Origin: a candidate division WWE3 bacterium
GTDB lineage: Bacteria; Patescibacteriota; WWE3; UBA101185; UBA10185
Direction of reading: 5' to 3'
DNA length: 64,000 nt
Assembly (NCBI GenBank): GCA_052035175.1
Contig: JBPOHV010000001.1
Location: 622,428-686,427, forward strand
A model generated the notes under the pieces. It saw nothing but the letters and a program-made list of their open reading frames with translations. It searched no databases and was not told the origin of the DNA. Below, piece by piece: positions 1-8,914 of the stretch. A program made the position numbers and the translations under genes. Position 1 is the first letter of the stretch, and each line of letters begins with the position of its first letter.

Positions 1-1
1 G

Positions 2-538
2 CTTTACGATCTTACAAATATGTATGCAACCTTTGCTAGAGAAGGGGAGTATCAAAAACAAAAAACTATTTTGTCTATAAAAGGAACTGATGGCAAAGAA
101 CTTTATCAACATGACTCAAAAAGGACTAAGCTAATTTCTAGCGAAACAGCATATATAATCTGGCACATACTATCTGACAATGAAGCTAGAAAAGCTGCAT
201 TTGGTAATCGCAACGCCTTAGAAATTTCTGGCAAAAAAGTTGCTGTAAAAACAGGCACAACAGACCAAATCAAAGACAACTACACTTTGGGATTTACACC
301 TAGTTATGTAGTAGGCGTGTGGGTAGGCAATAATGACAACTCACCGCTAAACCGAACATTGGCATCAGGAATAACAGGCGCTGCTCCGATTTGGAATATG
401 ATAATGTCCACATTATTAAAAGATCAACAAGATGAAAAGTTACCTCAACCAGAGCACATCACCGAAAAGAAACTGGATTGCGGTATAAAAGAAGTCTTTG
501 ATACTACAAAGAAAATACCAGAAAAGTGTTTTTTATAG
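2..538 (+). CDS. class A penicillin-binding protein, C-terminal fragment (gene continues upstream of window)
   Basis: The frame is open to the window edge. It contains KTGTTDQ and SGITGAAPIW motifs and is clearly similar to the transpeptidase C-terminal region of the PBP1A gene at 28621-31293. Confidence 0.7.
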   Translation, partial: LYDLTNMYATFAREGEYQKQKTILSIKGTDGKELYQHDSKRTKLISSETAYIIWHILSDNEARKAAFGNRNALEISGKKVAVKTGTTDQIKDNYTLGFTPSYVVGVWVGNNDNSPLNRTLASGITGAAPIWNMIMSTLLKDQQDEKLPQPEHITEKKLDCGIKEVFDTTKKIPEKCFL

Positions 539-565
539 ATCATAAAAATCTTAGATGTTAAAATA

Positions 566-934
566 ATGAGTATGAAAAATCACATTGTTATACCAATAAT
601 AGCTCTTTCAATAATAATAGGCATTTTTATCGTCTCTACAAAAGTTACCAAATCAACACCCGCGCCAATCCAACCCATAGTAACAGAACAAAAAGCTTAT
701 ACAATGCAAGAAGTTGCTGCGCATAACAATGAAAATGATTGCTGGATGATAATAAATAACAATATTTATGATGTAACCACATATTTAGCTGAACACCCAG
801 GTGGAAACGGGATTGTTGCTTTATGCGGACAAGATGCAACAGCAGGATTTGCAACAAAAGGCAATGAAAACGAACCGCACTCAGAGCAAGCCCAACAACT
901 TAAAGAAGCCTTCCTTGTAGGTACATTAAAATAA
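566..934 (+). CDS. membrane-anchored cytochrome b5-like heme-binding domain protein
   Basis: N-terminal hydrophobic helix followed by an HPGG heme-binding signature (YLAEHPGGNGIVALCGQDAT). Confidence 0.5.
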   Translation: MSMKNHIVIPIIALSIIIGIFIVSTKVTKSTPAPIQPIVTEQKAYTMQEVAAHNNENDCWMIINNNIYDVTTYLAEHPGGNGIVALCGQDATAGFATKGNENEPHSEQAQQLKEAFLVGTLK

Positions 935-964
935 GCAATACAATGCTATAATCTCACTAAGTTT

Positions 965-1040
965 GCGCCTGTAGCTCAGGGGATAGAGCAGTTCCCTTCT
1001 AAGGAAAAGGTCGCAGGTTCAATTCCTGCCAGGCGCACCA
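965..1040 (+). tRNA. tRNA-Arg(TCT)
   Basis: Hand-folded cloverleaf with acceptor GCGCCTG/CAGGCGC, T-arm GCAGG-TTCAATT-CCTGC and anticodon loop CTTCTAA. CCA is encoded. Confidence 0.8.
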
Positions 1041-1074
1041 TATAGTCAAACACCATGAATACAAGATATAATAA

Positions 1075-1644
1075 GTGATGCTTTATACTCCACTTATACA
1101 AAAAGCTATTAGCCTTGCAGGTAATGCACATCGCACACACACGCGTAAAAATGTTAATCGAGAGCCCTATATAGTACATCCCATGACCGTAGCTTTATTA
1201 TTGGCACGAGCTACAAACAATGAAGACTTAATATGCGCTGGAATATTACACGACGTAGTAGAAGATTGCGGAATAAAAATAGAAATAATCGCAAAAGACT
1301 TTAACAAAAATATTGCTTATCTAGTAAATGCAGTAACGGAAAAAGATAAAAGCTTACCTTGGGAAACCAGGAAAAAGATTGCTACAGCTGAAATAGGACA
1401 GATGAATAAAGATGCAGCATTGCTAAAAACAGCCGATGTTTTGGCCAATATAACAAGTGATATTCATGGGATAAAACTTGATGGCTATGAAGCACATATG
1501 AAACTGCGTACAAAAGCACCAGAGATTCTAGTTGCTAAAGAAAACAAACAGTACAATGCTCTATCAAGCGTATGGCCGGAAAATCCCTTACTACCGGAAT
1601 ACAAAGCAGCTATAGATATGTTTGCAAGTTTGGCGATAAAATAG
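1075..1644 (+). CDS. HD-domain phosphohydrolase
   Basis: H...HD metal-binding motif (HPMTVA ... AGILHDVVED). Confidence 0.55.
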   Translation: MMLYTPLIQKAISLAGNAHRTHTRKNVNREPYIVHPMTVALLLARATNNEDLICAGILHDVVEDCGIKIEIIAKDFNKNIAYLVNAVTEKDKSLPWETRKKIATAEIGQMNKDAALLKTADVLANITSDIHGIKLDGYEAHMKLRTKAPEILVAKENKQYNALSSVWPENPLLPEYKAAIDMFASLAIK

Positions 1645-1657
1645 TAACTTTTTAGTT

Positions 1658-2053
1658 ATGGATAACTGTATTTTTTGCAAAATAATAAAAGGTGAAATAC
1701 CAGCGTATAAAATTTGGGAAGACGCTCAATATATTGCGATATTAGATATTTTCCCATCTTCAAAAGGAATGACACTGGTAATACCAAAAGAACACCAGCC
1801 TAGTTATATAAAAGATCTTGATACACAAAGTTGGACAGATATGCTTAAAGCTCTAAAAGCAGTAGCAGAAATCTTGGATACAAAGTTACCTAATATAATA
1901 AGAACGAAGTTTGTTTTTGAAGGCTTGGATGTACCGCATCTACACGCAAAGCTAATACCTGAGTATCCAGAAACTTTGAAAAACCAACCACAGCCGCAAA
2001 AAGCTAGCGACGCAGAACTAGCGGAAGTAAAGAGATTACTAGACCTGGTCTGA
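1658..2053 (+). CDS. HIT-family (HINT-like) nucleotide hydrolase
   Basis: CIFCKIIKGEIPA N-terminus and a histidine-triad-like HLHAKLIP motif. The stop codon lies inside the palindromic repeat at 2042-2060. Confidence 0.7.
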   Translation: MDNCIFCKIIKGEIPAYKIWEDAQYIAILDIFPSSKGMTLVIPKEHQPSYIKDLDTQSWTDMLKALKAVAEILDTKLPNIIRTKFVFEGLDVPHLHAKLIPEYPETLKNQPQPQKASDAELAEVKRLLDLV

Positions 2054-2063
2054 CCTGGTCCTT
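2039..2063. repeat. tRNA-associated palindromic repeat (GACCTGGTC-T-GACCTGGTC)
   Basis: CTAGACCTGGTCTGACCTGGTCCTT. Same family as the copies at 11721, 27247, 28262 and 28593. Confidence 0.8.
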
Positions 2064-2067
2064 TGTA

Positions 2068-2096
2068 TTAAGTTTTCAACGCAAATAGTGTAGAAT
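2068..2096 (+). promoter_or_regulatory. putative sigma70-type promoter for tRNA-Leu(TAA)
   Basis: TTAAGT, 17-nt spacer, TAGAAT, ending about 9 nt before the tRNA 5' end. Confidence 0.4.
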
Positions 2097-2105
2097 GTGC
2101 ATCAA

Positions 2106-2191
2106 GGGCGAGTGGTGGAATGGTATACACGAAGGACTTAAAATCCTTTGTTCTTACGAACTTGAGGGTTCAAGTCCCTCCTCGCCCACCA
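2106..2191 (+). tRNA. tRNA-Leu(TAA)
   Basis: Type II tRNA with acceptor GGGCGAG/CTCGCCC, anticodon loop CTTAAAA, long variable arm and T-arm GAGGG-TTCAAGT-CCCTC. CCA is encoded. Confidence 0.8.
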
Positions 2192-2207
2192 GATAATCCC
2201 CTTATTT

Positions 2208-2771
2208 ATGCAAGATAGCATCGAGATAACAACATTAGAAAGCCTTATAGAACTTTTAAATTCTTTTAAAGTACCGTATGCAACTTGGGGTAAAGTCAGA
2301 ACTTTAGACCATTTATTTTCTGAGTTAATTGCTGGCGAATCTTATCTTACAAACACAAATAACCAGCTAACGCGTAATTTGGATGTAATATGTCTGAAAA
2401 TCATAAAAGATAACAAAGTATTACTTCAATACAAACAAATATTTGTTACAAGAGAAGAAAACAATACAATAAAACTACCTTCAGAAAAAATGTTGCAAAA
2501 TGAAAGCATTGATACTGCTTGCGCAAGATTATTAGAAGAAGAGCTTAATATAACAGGTAGCTTTAAATTCACACATCTAAAAGATAAACAAAACATAGAA
2601 CCAGCTTATGCATATCCAGGTCTTACAAATGCATTAAACTTGCATTTTTATGAAACAAATTTACCAAGCGATGTGTATATAAAAGATATTTACGAAGAGA
2701 TTAACAAAAAGCAAACAACTTATTTCAAATGGTTTGATCAAAGTAAATTAGACGAACTTAGTGATTTTTAA
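2208..2771 (+). CDS. hypothetical protein with a degenerate Nudix-like box
   Basis: ESIDTACARLLEEELNI resembles E-x7-R-E-U-x-E-E but is degenerate. Confidence 0.4.
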   Translation: MQDSIEITTLESLIELLNSFKVPYATWGKVRTLDHLFSELIAGESYLTNTNNQLTRNLDVICLKIIKDNKVLLQYKQIFVTREENNTIKLPSEKMLQNESIDTACARLLEEELNITGSFKFTHLKDKQNIEPAYAYPGLTNALNLHFYETNLPSDVYIKDIYEEINKKQTTYFKWFDQSKLDELSDF

Positions 2772-3213
2772 ATTCTTGTTTAAAATAAAGTCTTCTCATC
2801 GGACCACTTCGAGACCAAGTCTCATTTAACCCTATTGTGTCTATAATCTTTGCAGAAAGTACCACCGCTAAAATAACAGTCAAAATTAACACTGGAAAAT
2901 TCTTTTTATAAGAAAAATCATATTTCTTAAGAAGAAGAATCCCTAAGATAACTAATATGAGTGCTATAAAAGGGACCCACAAAGGAAATGCATCAAACAT
3001 TTGTATAAGACGCCCAGTACCAGGACCTTGCTTTCGTAATAAAAATAAAGTTAAATTTGTAAAAAATACCGCACCAATCATAAGACCCACAAGCCCTATG
3101 AAAGACACTATCGATCCAATTATAAAATAGATTCTCGGTTTCATTTTTACTTCACCAGACATGACTTGACTCATTATTTTATTTTCTAGATCTATTTTTA
3201 TGTTGTTTGACAT
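2758..3213 (-). CDS. membrane protein, putative anti-sigma factor
   Basis: Overlaps the 3' end of the ECF sigma gene and has three predicted TM helices. Function is inferred from context only. Confidence 0.4.
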   Translation of the reverse strand: MSNNIKIDLENKIMSQVMSGEVKMKPRIYFIIGSIVSFIGLVGLMIGAVFFTNLTLFLLRKQGPGTGRLIQMFDAFPLWVPFIALILVILGILLLKKYDFSYKKNFPVLILTVILAVVLSAKIIDTIGLNETWSRSGPMRRLYFKQEFKNH

Positions 3214-3740
3214 ATTTTCCTCATCATAACTTTGGCTCTATTAATCCTTGTTGCTACTGTACCCATAGGTAATCGTAAGATATCTCCTATTTCCTCGTAA
3301 GACTTATTTTCTATATAATACAGTGATAAAGGTTCTCTGTACTTTATATCCATAGTATCTAGACATTTGTGAATACTGGAAGCAACCTCTTCTTTTATGT
3401 ATGCGTCCTCCAAATTATCTGTACTACTAAAATCCATGTAATCTTCTATTGAAAAGCTATGCTTATATTTACCAAGTATATTCATAACTTCGTTATGAAC
3501 GATTTGATAAATCCAGCTTGAAAACTTTCGTTTCGTTTGGAAACTATTCAAATTGATATATGCCTTAATAAAACCATCTTGAACCGCATCACTTGCTTTA
3601 GCCTCATCTCCTGCTAAATAATAAGCATATCTCATAAGCTTAGTCTGATATCTCCGTATAATTTCTCCATATAATTCTTTATTGCCTTGACGCACAAGTT
3701 CTACAAGCTCTTCATCAGTTGTATTTTTATTATCATCCAT
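3198..3740 (-). CDS. ECF-type sigma-70 family RNA polymerase sigma factor
   Basis: Region 2 (YLAGDEAKASDAVQDGFIKAY) and region 4 HTH (PMGTVATRINRAKVMMRK). Confidence 0.8.
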   Translation of the reverse strand: MDDNKNTTDEELVELVRQGNKELYGEIIRRYQTKLMRYAYYLAGDEAKASDAVQDGFIKAYINLNSFQTKRKFSSWIYQIVHNEVMNILGKYKHSFSIEDYMDFSSTDNLEDAYIKEEVASSIHKCLDTMDIKYREPLSLYYIENKSYEEIGDILRLPMGTVATRINRAKVMMRKICQTT

Positions 3741-3762
3741 AGTATTTCCATTATTTTACAGT

Positions 3763-3789
3763 GCGCCCCAGTGCTTCGCGCTGGGGCGC
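3763..3789. terminator. GC-rich hairpin between the secreted-protein gene and the sigma gene
   Basis: GCGCCCCAG-TGCTTCGCG-CTGGGGCGC, a 9-bp stem. The flanking T-run is weak. Confidence 0.35.
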
Positions 3790-3807
3790 ATTGTTTCCAA
3801 TCTAACC

Positions 3808-4176
3808 TTAACGGTTATTATATCCTCTACCCATTCTCTGACCAGAACCATTGTTATAGCCTAATCCAAGTTCTTCTCTTATCTTCATCGCATCATCTTT
3901 CTTTCCTTCCAATTCTAACCTATGCGCTTCTGCAAAACGAGAAAAGTTTTGCTCATTAATTACTTGTAAGACTCTACCCTTACCTTGCATCAATTCTTTC
4001 CAAGCATTGTAATCATTAGTTTCAAATGCACTAGCCATAGCTTCATGCCTTTCTTCCGAAAAGTTTGGACCTTGTACCAATGGGTCACCTCTGTAAGCAA
4101 ACGCTTGTTGAGGAAACAACATGATCCCTCCTAAAGCTATTACTGCTGTTAATATTACTAATGTTTTTTTACTCAT
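3808..4176 (-). CDS. secreted protein (signal peptide), function unknown
   Basis: N-terminal signal peptide ending in AFA, followed by a charged helical region. Confidence 0.5.
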   Translation of the reverse strand: MSKKTLVILTAVIALGGIMLFPQQAFAYRGDPLVQGPNFSEERHEAMASAFETNDYNAWKELMQGKGRVLQVINEQNFSRFAEAHRLELEGKKDDAMKIREELGLGYNNGSGQRMGRGYNNR

Positions 4177-4293
4177 CTGAATTCACCCCCTCAATTTAAC
4201 TTTATACATATGTATTACAAATCAAGTTCTAGTTTTCTTTCATCTTTTTTGATTTTTTAAAACGGATAACAGAAAATAGCGGATAAATAGTAA

Positions 4294-5676
4294 CTAATTT
4301 TCTTTAATTTCTAGGCCTACAGTATTTAGCAAATGTGTAAACATCTCTTTTTCTATCTCAGGAGGTATTTTATAAACATCTTGATTGTTTATACGCTTCA
4401 TGACGCTTTCAATATTCGCCTGGTCATACATAAGAGCAATTAGATCTTCTACAGGTTTAGGCGATTCTGGATGCTGCTTCAAATATTCTTGTGCATATTT
4501 TATAACTAATGGCTCAAAGGCACTACGTATAGCCACATAAAAAGCATTGGTACGATCAGTATACTCATCAAAATTCACATAAGCAGTCTTCATATACTCT
4601 GCAATACTTTTACATTGAGTAAACCGTTCGCGTTCTGCCCGCTGATGAGGAGCATCAGGATTGGCTATTGGATTTGATAGCGCCTCGCTAAATTGCATAC
4701 AAATCGCTTGTTGAGCTTTCAGATGCCCAGGCTGGGTCGCAAACCACCCCATGGTTTTTTGTAAAATATAAAATTTGTCATCGTCGGTTGCCTTTTCAAA
4801 AGATTCATCAAAAGTTGCACCAAATTCTCGTAATCCCAAATTAATTTCACCAAAAAGGTTTTTACTTCCTCGTATATACGCATCATATCCATCTTTGGAG
4901 GCCGCAGCACGTAAGTCAGCATTCGCCAAACTAACACCAGCCAATAACGCACGTGGCCTTAAAGAAGCCAAATCAAAGTCTGGCAAATATTTACGAGCGT
5001 TAGATTCATATTCTTCTAATGCAGCAATATCTATGGCAGAAATACCCATAGGATTGTCTTTATTTGGTATCTTTCCTACTTGAAGAGCACGCACGGCAAA
5101 ACTAGCTAAAGGCTGAGACACCATAGTTGCTTTTATATGTGGCTTGCGTGATGTATCCAAATACTCCGAAAGATTTGGTTTCGTGCACCCGATAATAAAC
5201 ATGACTTCGGTAGGTGTATAAGACGATTCCAAACCACATGCAGTTAATGCATCAATTGCATGCACAGCAGAGTCAATTTCGTTTTGACCCTGTGGTACAG
5301 AATAACTGACTCGTTTTATGCCAGCAGCAAATTTATTTGTATTTTGTTGTATATCATGATGTTTAGCTACTATTTCGGTAGCTTTACACAAAAAAAGAAG
5401 CTCAGTTTCAATAGGAGTCAAACTTTCACCTTGATTATGTAAAGCTTCTAAATACTTTATGTAAAGTGCGTCAACTCCTAAAGCCGTAGTAAATCCTTCG
5501 AGTGTATCGGCTGTTACTGCTTGAGTATGTTCTACCATGTGAAAGGGTCTTTGATCTTCTAAAGAGTTTGATAAACCAAATCTACGATCTATTTCAGCTA
5601 CCACAGTAGCATTTACTTCATTTATCCTAGATTTACCAGGCGCTATACTTTCTAAAGTTGGTGTTAAGCTTGACAT
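4294..5676 (-). CDS. hypothetical 460-aa protein, possible HD-like motif
   Basis: Long uninterrupted ORF. The HMVEH ... AKHHDIQ spacing weakly suggests an HD-fold. Confidence 0.45.
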   Translation of the reverse strand: MSSLTPTLESIAPGKSRINEVNATVVAEIDRRFGLSNSLEDQRPFHMVEHTQAVTADTLEGFTTALGVDALYIKYLEALHNQGESLTPIETELLFLCKATEIVAKHHDIQQNTNKFAAGIKRVSYSVPQGQNEIDSAVHAIDALTACGLESSYTPTEVMFIIGCTKPNLSEYLDTSRKPHIKATMVSQPLASFAVRALQVGKIPNKDNPMGISAIDIAALEEYESNARKYLPDFDLASLRPRALLAGVSLANADLRAAASKDGYDAYIRGSKNLFGEINLGLREFGATFDESFEKATDDDKFYILQKTMGWFATQPGHLKAQQAICMQFSEALSNPIANPDAPHQRAERERFTQCKSIAEYMKTAYVNFDEYTDRTNAFYVAIRSAFEPLVIKYAQEYLKQHPESPKPVEDLIALMYDQANIESVMKRINNQDVYKIPPEIEKEMFTHLLNTVGLEIKEN

Positions 5677-5838
5677 GTATTATTAACCTTGCGACATCTG
5701 CGCTGCACCATTAGTAGCATCACCAGGCACAGAAGCAGAACCAAAACCACCTTGCTGATTTGCAGACGGAGCAGGCTGAGCGTTAATATTAGTCTGTTTT
5801 CTTTTACTCATGTTAAGTTAATTGTATTATATAGACAT

Positions 5839-6546
5839 ATGCAATTCAAAGAAATAGTGACAAAAAACAAAGTAGAAACATTAATAATTTGTTGCATATT
5901 AATTTTTGTTATAACCGGAGTTGCATCAAATATACAAGGACAAAGAGCAGTTGATCGCTCAAAATTACCTGAAAAAGTTGAATTAAATAAAAATTTTCAA
6001 AGATGGTTAACAAATCTAAAAAATAAAGAGTTACCTGTTAGTGCAGACGAATTTGTTTTTGTGGAAGACGCAGAAATTTATAATACAAAATGGATAAAAG
6101 TGTTATCGGGCGACGATCCAAATAATATTAAAGCGTATGAAGAAAACTTGGCACAACACGTTAACTTAAAAAAAGTTGTATTTTCTCCAAGTGAACACTT
6201 ATACATAGATATCAGGCCAGAAATAAGAGAAGGGTATAATCCAAACGAAGCTCATTTTTACGGTTTACTCGACGGTAAAATATTGGATGCACGTATTTTA
6301 GATTGTTCTGTAGATGCTAATTGCTATTTTGACAGGGCATATTTCATCGAGAATGATGTTTTTATTATTAGTGAATTTTCGAGAAATATTGATAAACGCC
6401 AAGCAAATAACCCTGTTTGTACAAAACAAGACATGTGCACATATAGCTTTAAACTTCATTTGATTGATTTGAAAAATAATAAAAGACTTGTATACGAATC
6501 AGCGCCATTTGACGGCATTTGGGAACAAGTCGTCCCAGAGCTATAA
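5839..6546 (+). CDS. membrane-anchored hypothetical protein
   Basis: An internal ATG (MQFKEIV...) is followed by a TM helix. The upstream part of the listed ORF (5689-5838) is R/S/T-rich and looks like a non-coding extension. Confidence 0.45.
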   Translation: MQFKEIVTKNKVETLIICCILIFVITGVASNIQGQRAVDRSKLPEKVELNKNFQRWLTNLKNKELPVSADEFVFVEDAEIYNTKWIKVLSGDDPNNIKAYEENLAQHVNLKKVVFSPSEHLYIDIRPEIREGYNPNEAHFYGLLDGKILDARILDCSVDANCYFDRAYFIENDVFIISEFSRNIDKRQANNPVCTKQDMCTYSFKLHLIDLKNNKRLVYESAPFDGIWEQVVPEL

Positions 6547-6607
6547 TGAAGCTCCCTTAGATTTCTGACCTATGATATGCTATCCAAAATCTGTAAGGAG
6601 GCTGCCA

Positions 6608-6691
6608 ATGAAAAAGAAATTCTTGATTGGATTTCTGATAGTCATAGGCATTGGGCTTATAATTAAAAAAGCCCTAGACTATGACATCTGA
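6608..6691 (+). CDS. 27-aa hydrophobic micropeptide (MKKKFLIGFLIVIGIGLIIKKALDYDI)
   Basis: A perfect SD (TAAGGAGG) lies 7 nt upstream, and a strong terminator follows immediately downstream. Confidence 0.3.
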   Translation: MKKKFLIGFLIVIGIGLIIKKALDYDI

Positions 6692-6697
6692 AGCCAC

Positions 6698-6723
6698 GCA
6701 CCGAGGCATAAATGCCTCGGTGC
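6698..6723 (+). terminator. rho-independent terminator
   Basis: GCACCGAGGCA-TAAA-TGCCTCGGTGC, an 11-bp stem, then GGATTTGTT. Confidence 0.6.
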
Positions 6724-6847
6724 GGATTTGTTAGATTAAAGGTGATAAAATAAGGCCGACGAAGTACAGTCTTGGGTATACGAGCTTACTCATCCCGCTT
6801 CGCGGGATTGCGTTTCCTCGTATAACCCCTCGCGCACTTCGTGCTCT

Positions 6848-6923
6848 CGGGGTATAGCTCAGTTGGTAGAGTGCGCGGTTTGGGACCGTGAGGTCGTGTG
6901 TTCGAGTCACACTACCCCGACCA
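6848..6923 (+). tRNA. tRNA-Pro(TGG)
   Basis: Acceptor CGGGGTA/TACCCCG, anticodon loop TTTGGGA, T-arm GTGTG-TTCGAGT-CACAC. CCA is encoded. Confidence 0.8.
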
Positions 6924-6961
6924 TTTAGCAATTTAACGTAAGTGATAGATTACCGTGACAG

Positions 6962-8551
6962 GTGATTATGAACCAAGACAAACCATTAAAATTTTCTCAG
7001 TCTTACCCAGTAATTGCACAATCAAAACTATTTGGCACACGATATGAAGTAAATAAAATACTCAAACAAAACGCAGAGAAAGTATTTTTAAAAAAGCTAT
7101 CTCAAATATTTCCAGCAATTAATATAAAAACTGAAATCATAGCTACCACATATTTTGAGCCTATACTTATGTTTGAGCCAAAAAAGTCATGCATCGTTAG
7201 ATATAGACAAAGAACAGACTTTGACACAAAAAATCAAAAATACCATATACCAAAAAAATGGGTTTTTGATGGCCCTGGGACATTGGAAGTGAAGCTGCGT
7301 GATAATGCGGAAAGGGGCAATGTTGATAAACAAGGAACATTTTTTCCAAACACAAAAGACATAAACATTAAAACATTTTTAAACCAACCAACACAGTCAA
7401 AAGTAGAAAAATATATAGAGTACGCAAATAATATGCAATACAAATGCACACTTAATAAGCACTTACGTCTTCTAGACCCCAAAACCATATCAAAAATCAC
7501 TGAAAAACTTTATCCGTATGCTACAAGGTTAAATATACGATATACGCTAGAAACAAAAACTACCGAAGAAATTCGTATTACATTTGAGACTAACCCAGTA
7601 TTTTATATATACCCAATATATCATAAAACAGGAGACACCAATACAAAACCAAAGCAATTTATTGCTGATATTGGAGAAGTTTCTAACCGAACAAAGATTG
7701 AAGTAAAAACTGAGACAAAAGCTAAAAACAGCGAGATTTATAAAAACTTGGAAAAAGAACTACGTAAGTTTCAACACCCTACAAATACATATACTGATGT
7801 ACCTTATGCAAATATGATTGTCAAAGCATCGTTGAAAACTGGTACATTGATAAATGAAGCGCCTAATATAGAAATTGAATCAAAAGCAAGTCTACCCAAT
7901 CAAACAAACATAGCAGAGTTAATCGAGACTATACGTAATGAATTGCTAAAGACTAAAAATCCAAAATATTTACTTTTTTTAACTGACCCTCGTGTAGGCT
8001 TGAGAGAATATCCAAATGTTAAAAGAACTATATTTGGATACCAAGACGAAAATGATCAATGGCATGAAGCAGTGAGATTAAATCAAGACATATCAAAAAA
8101 GACTGGATACGTATCACTTAAATGGAAGTCTGATGCTAATACTATTAATAAAACCCTTGTAAGAAAAGAGGTTACTGAAACCTTTGACCACAAGCTTACA
8201 CATAGAGAAGTAATAGAACTTGTAAAAAAACGCTTGGGGAAAAAAGTAGTGCCGCTTGGTAGCTTTACAAAGACCAAGTATAGAATACTTGTACAAGATA
8301 CAAATGGCAGAAATTTTAATATTTCAGTAGATAAAGTTAATATCTACAATAGCAGCATCTGCATGGTTCAGCTTGAATCAGAATACATTCATACAGTTGT
8401 AGCAAACAATGACCTACCAAATACATCCGTGTCTGAAGCATGTGAATCATGTATGAAATACTTTCAAAGTTTACTTAAAAAGATAGGTGTTGTAGCTGTA
8501 CCAACAACCGAACGAAAGCTAGATTTTCTTATAAAAAACAAATTACGCTGA
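6962..8551 (+). CDS. hypothetical 529-aa protein
   Basis: Long ORF with no motif I can name. Located directly 3' of tRNA-Pro. Confidence 0.45.
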   Translation: MIMNQDKPLKFSQSYPVIAQSKLFGTRYEVNKILKQNAEKVFLKKLSQIFPAINIKTEIIATTYFEPILMFEPKKSCIVRYRQRTDFDTKNQKYHIPKKWVFDGPGTLEVKLRDNAERGNVDKQGTFFPNTKDINIKTFLNQPTQSKVEKYIEYANNMQYKCTLNKHLRLLDPKTISKITEKLYPYATRLNIRYTLETKTTEEIRITFETNPVFYIYPIYHKTGDTNTKPKQFIADIGEVSNRTKIEVKTETKAKNSEIYKNLEKELRKFQHPTNTYTDVPYANMIVKASLKTGTLINEAPNIEIESKASLPNQTNIAELIETIRNELLKTKNPKYLLFLTDPRVGLREYPNVKRTIFGYQDENDQWHEAVRLNQDISKKTGYVSLKWKSDANTINKTLVRKEVTETFDHKLTHREVIELVKKRLGKKVVPLGSFTKTKYRILVQDTNGRNFNISVDKVNIYNSSICMVQLESEYIHTVVANNDLPNTSVSEACESCMKYFQSLLKKIGVVAVPTTERKLDFLIKNKLR

Positions 8552-8615
8552 TATTCTAGTATTCTTATATTCTAGTATTTTTATATTCTAGTACTTTTAC
8601 TATTCTAATATTCAT
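8552..8615. repeat. 16-bp tandem repeat (ATATTCTAGTAYTTTT x3 plus a degenerate unit)
   Basis: Direct tandem units start at the stop codon of the 529-aa gene. Confidence 0.6.
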
Positions 8616-8914
8616 AGAATTTGCATACTATTAATATTTAAAAACATAATTTATAACGATAAATATTTCGTCAGCTTAACGCACATTCAAAATTATTTCT
8701 AACAACCTTTTCTATAGTACTAATTGGAATTTTTGTATACGTAATAACAGACCGGCAATCCCCTTATCAACCAAAAGTATTCACACCTGCACAACGTACA
8801 AAAACGCAAAACTGCAAAGCTAATGGACCACTCCCTGATCGAGAATGTACACCAGGAGCGGTCTTTGAAAATGCGACAAAAGAAATAGTATGCGTTAGTG
8901 GATATTCAAAAACA

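Noticed and set aside
976-1179. ORF overlapping tRNA-Arg, and similar ORFs over other tRNAs (6731-6931, 11671-11886, 11608-11685 extension, 27347-27529)
   Set aside because: They overlap well-folded tRNA genes or structured non-coding DNA.
2042-2060. GACCWGGTC-N-GACCWGGTC repeat acting as an intrinsic terminator hairpin
   Set aside because: Pairing the two arms leaves a 1-nt loop and a central mismatch, and no U-run follows. Protein binding or a recombination site is more plausible.
5689-5838. N-terminal 50 codons of the listed 285-aa ORF
   Set aside because: The composition is low-complexity R/S/T, with no SD. An internal Met followed by a TM helix is the likelier start.
8552-8615. Possible CRISPR array
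   Set aside because: The three and a half 16-bp units are contiguous with no spacers, and no cas genes are present.
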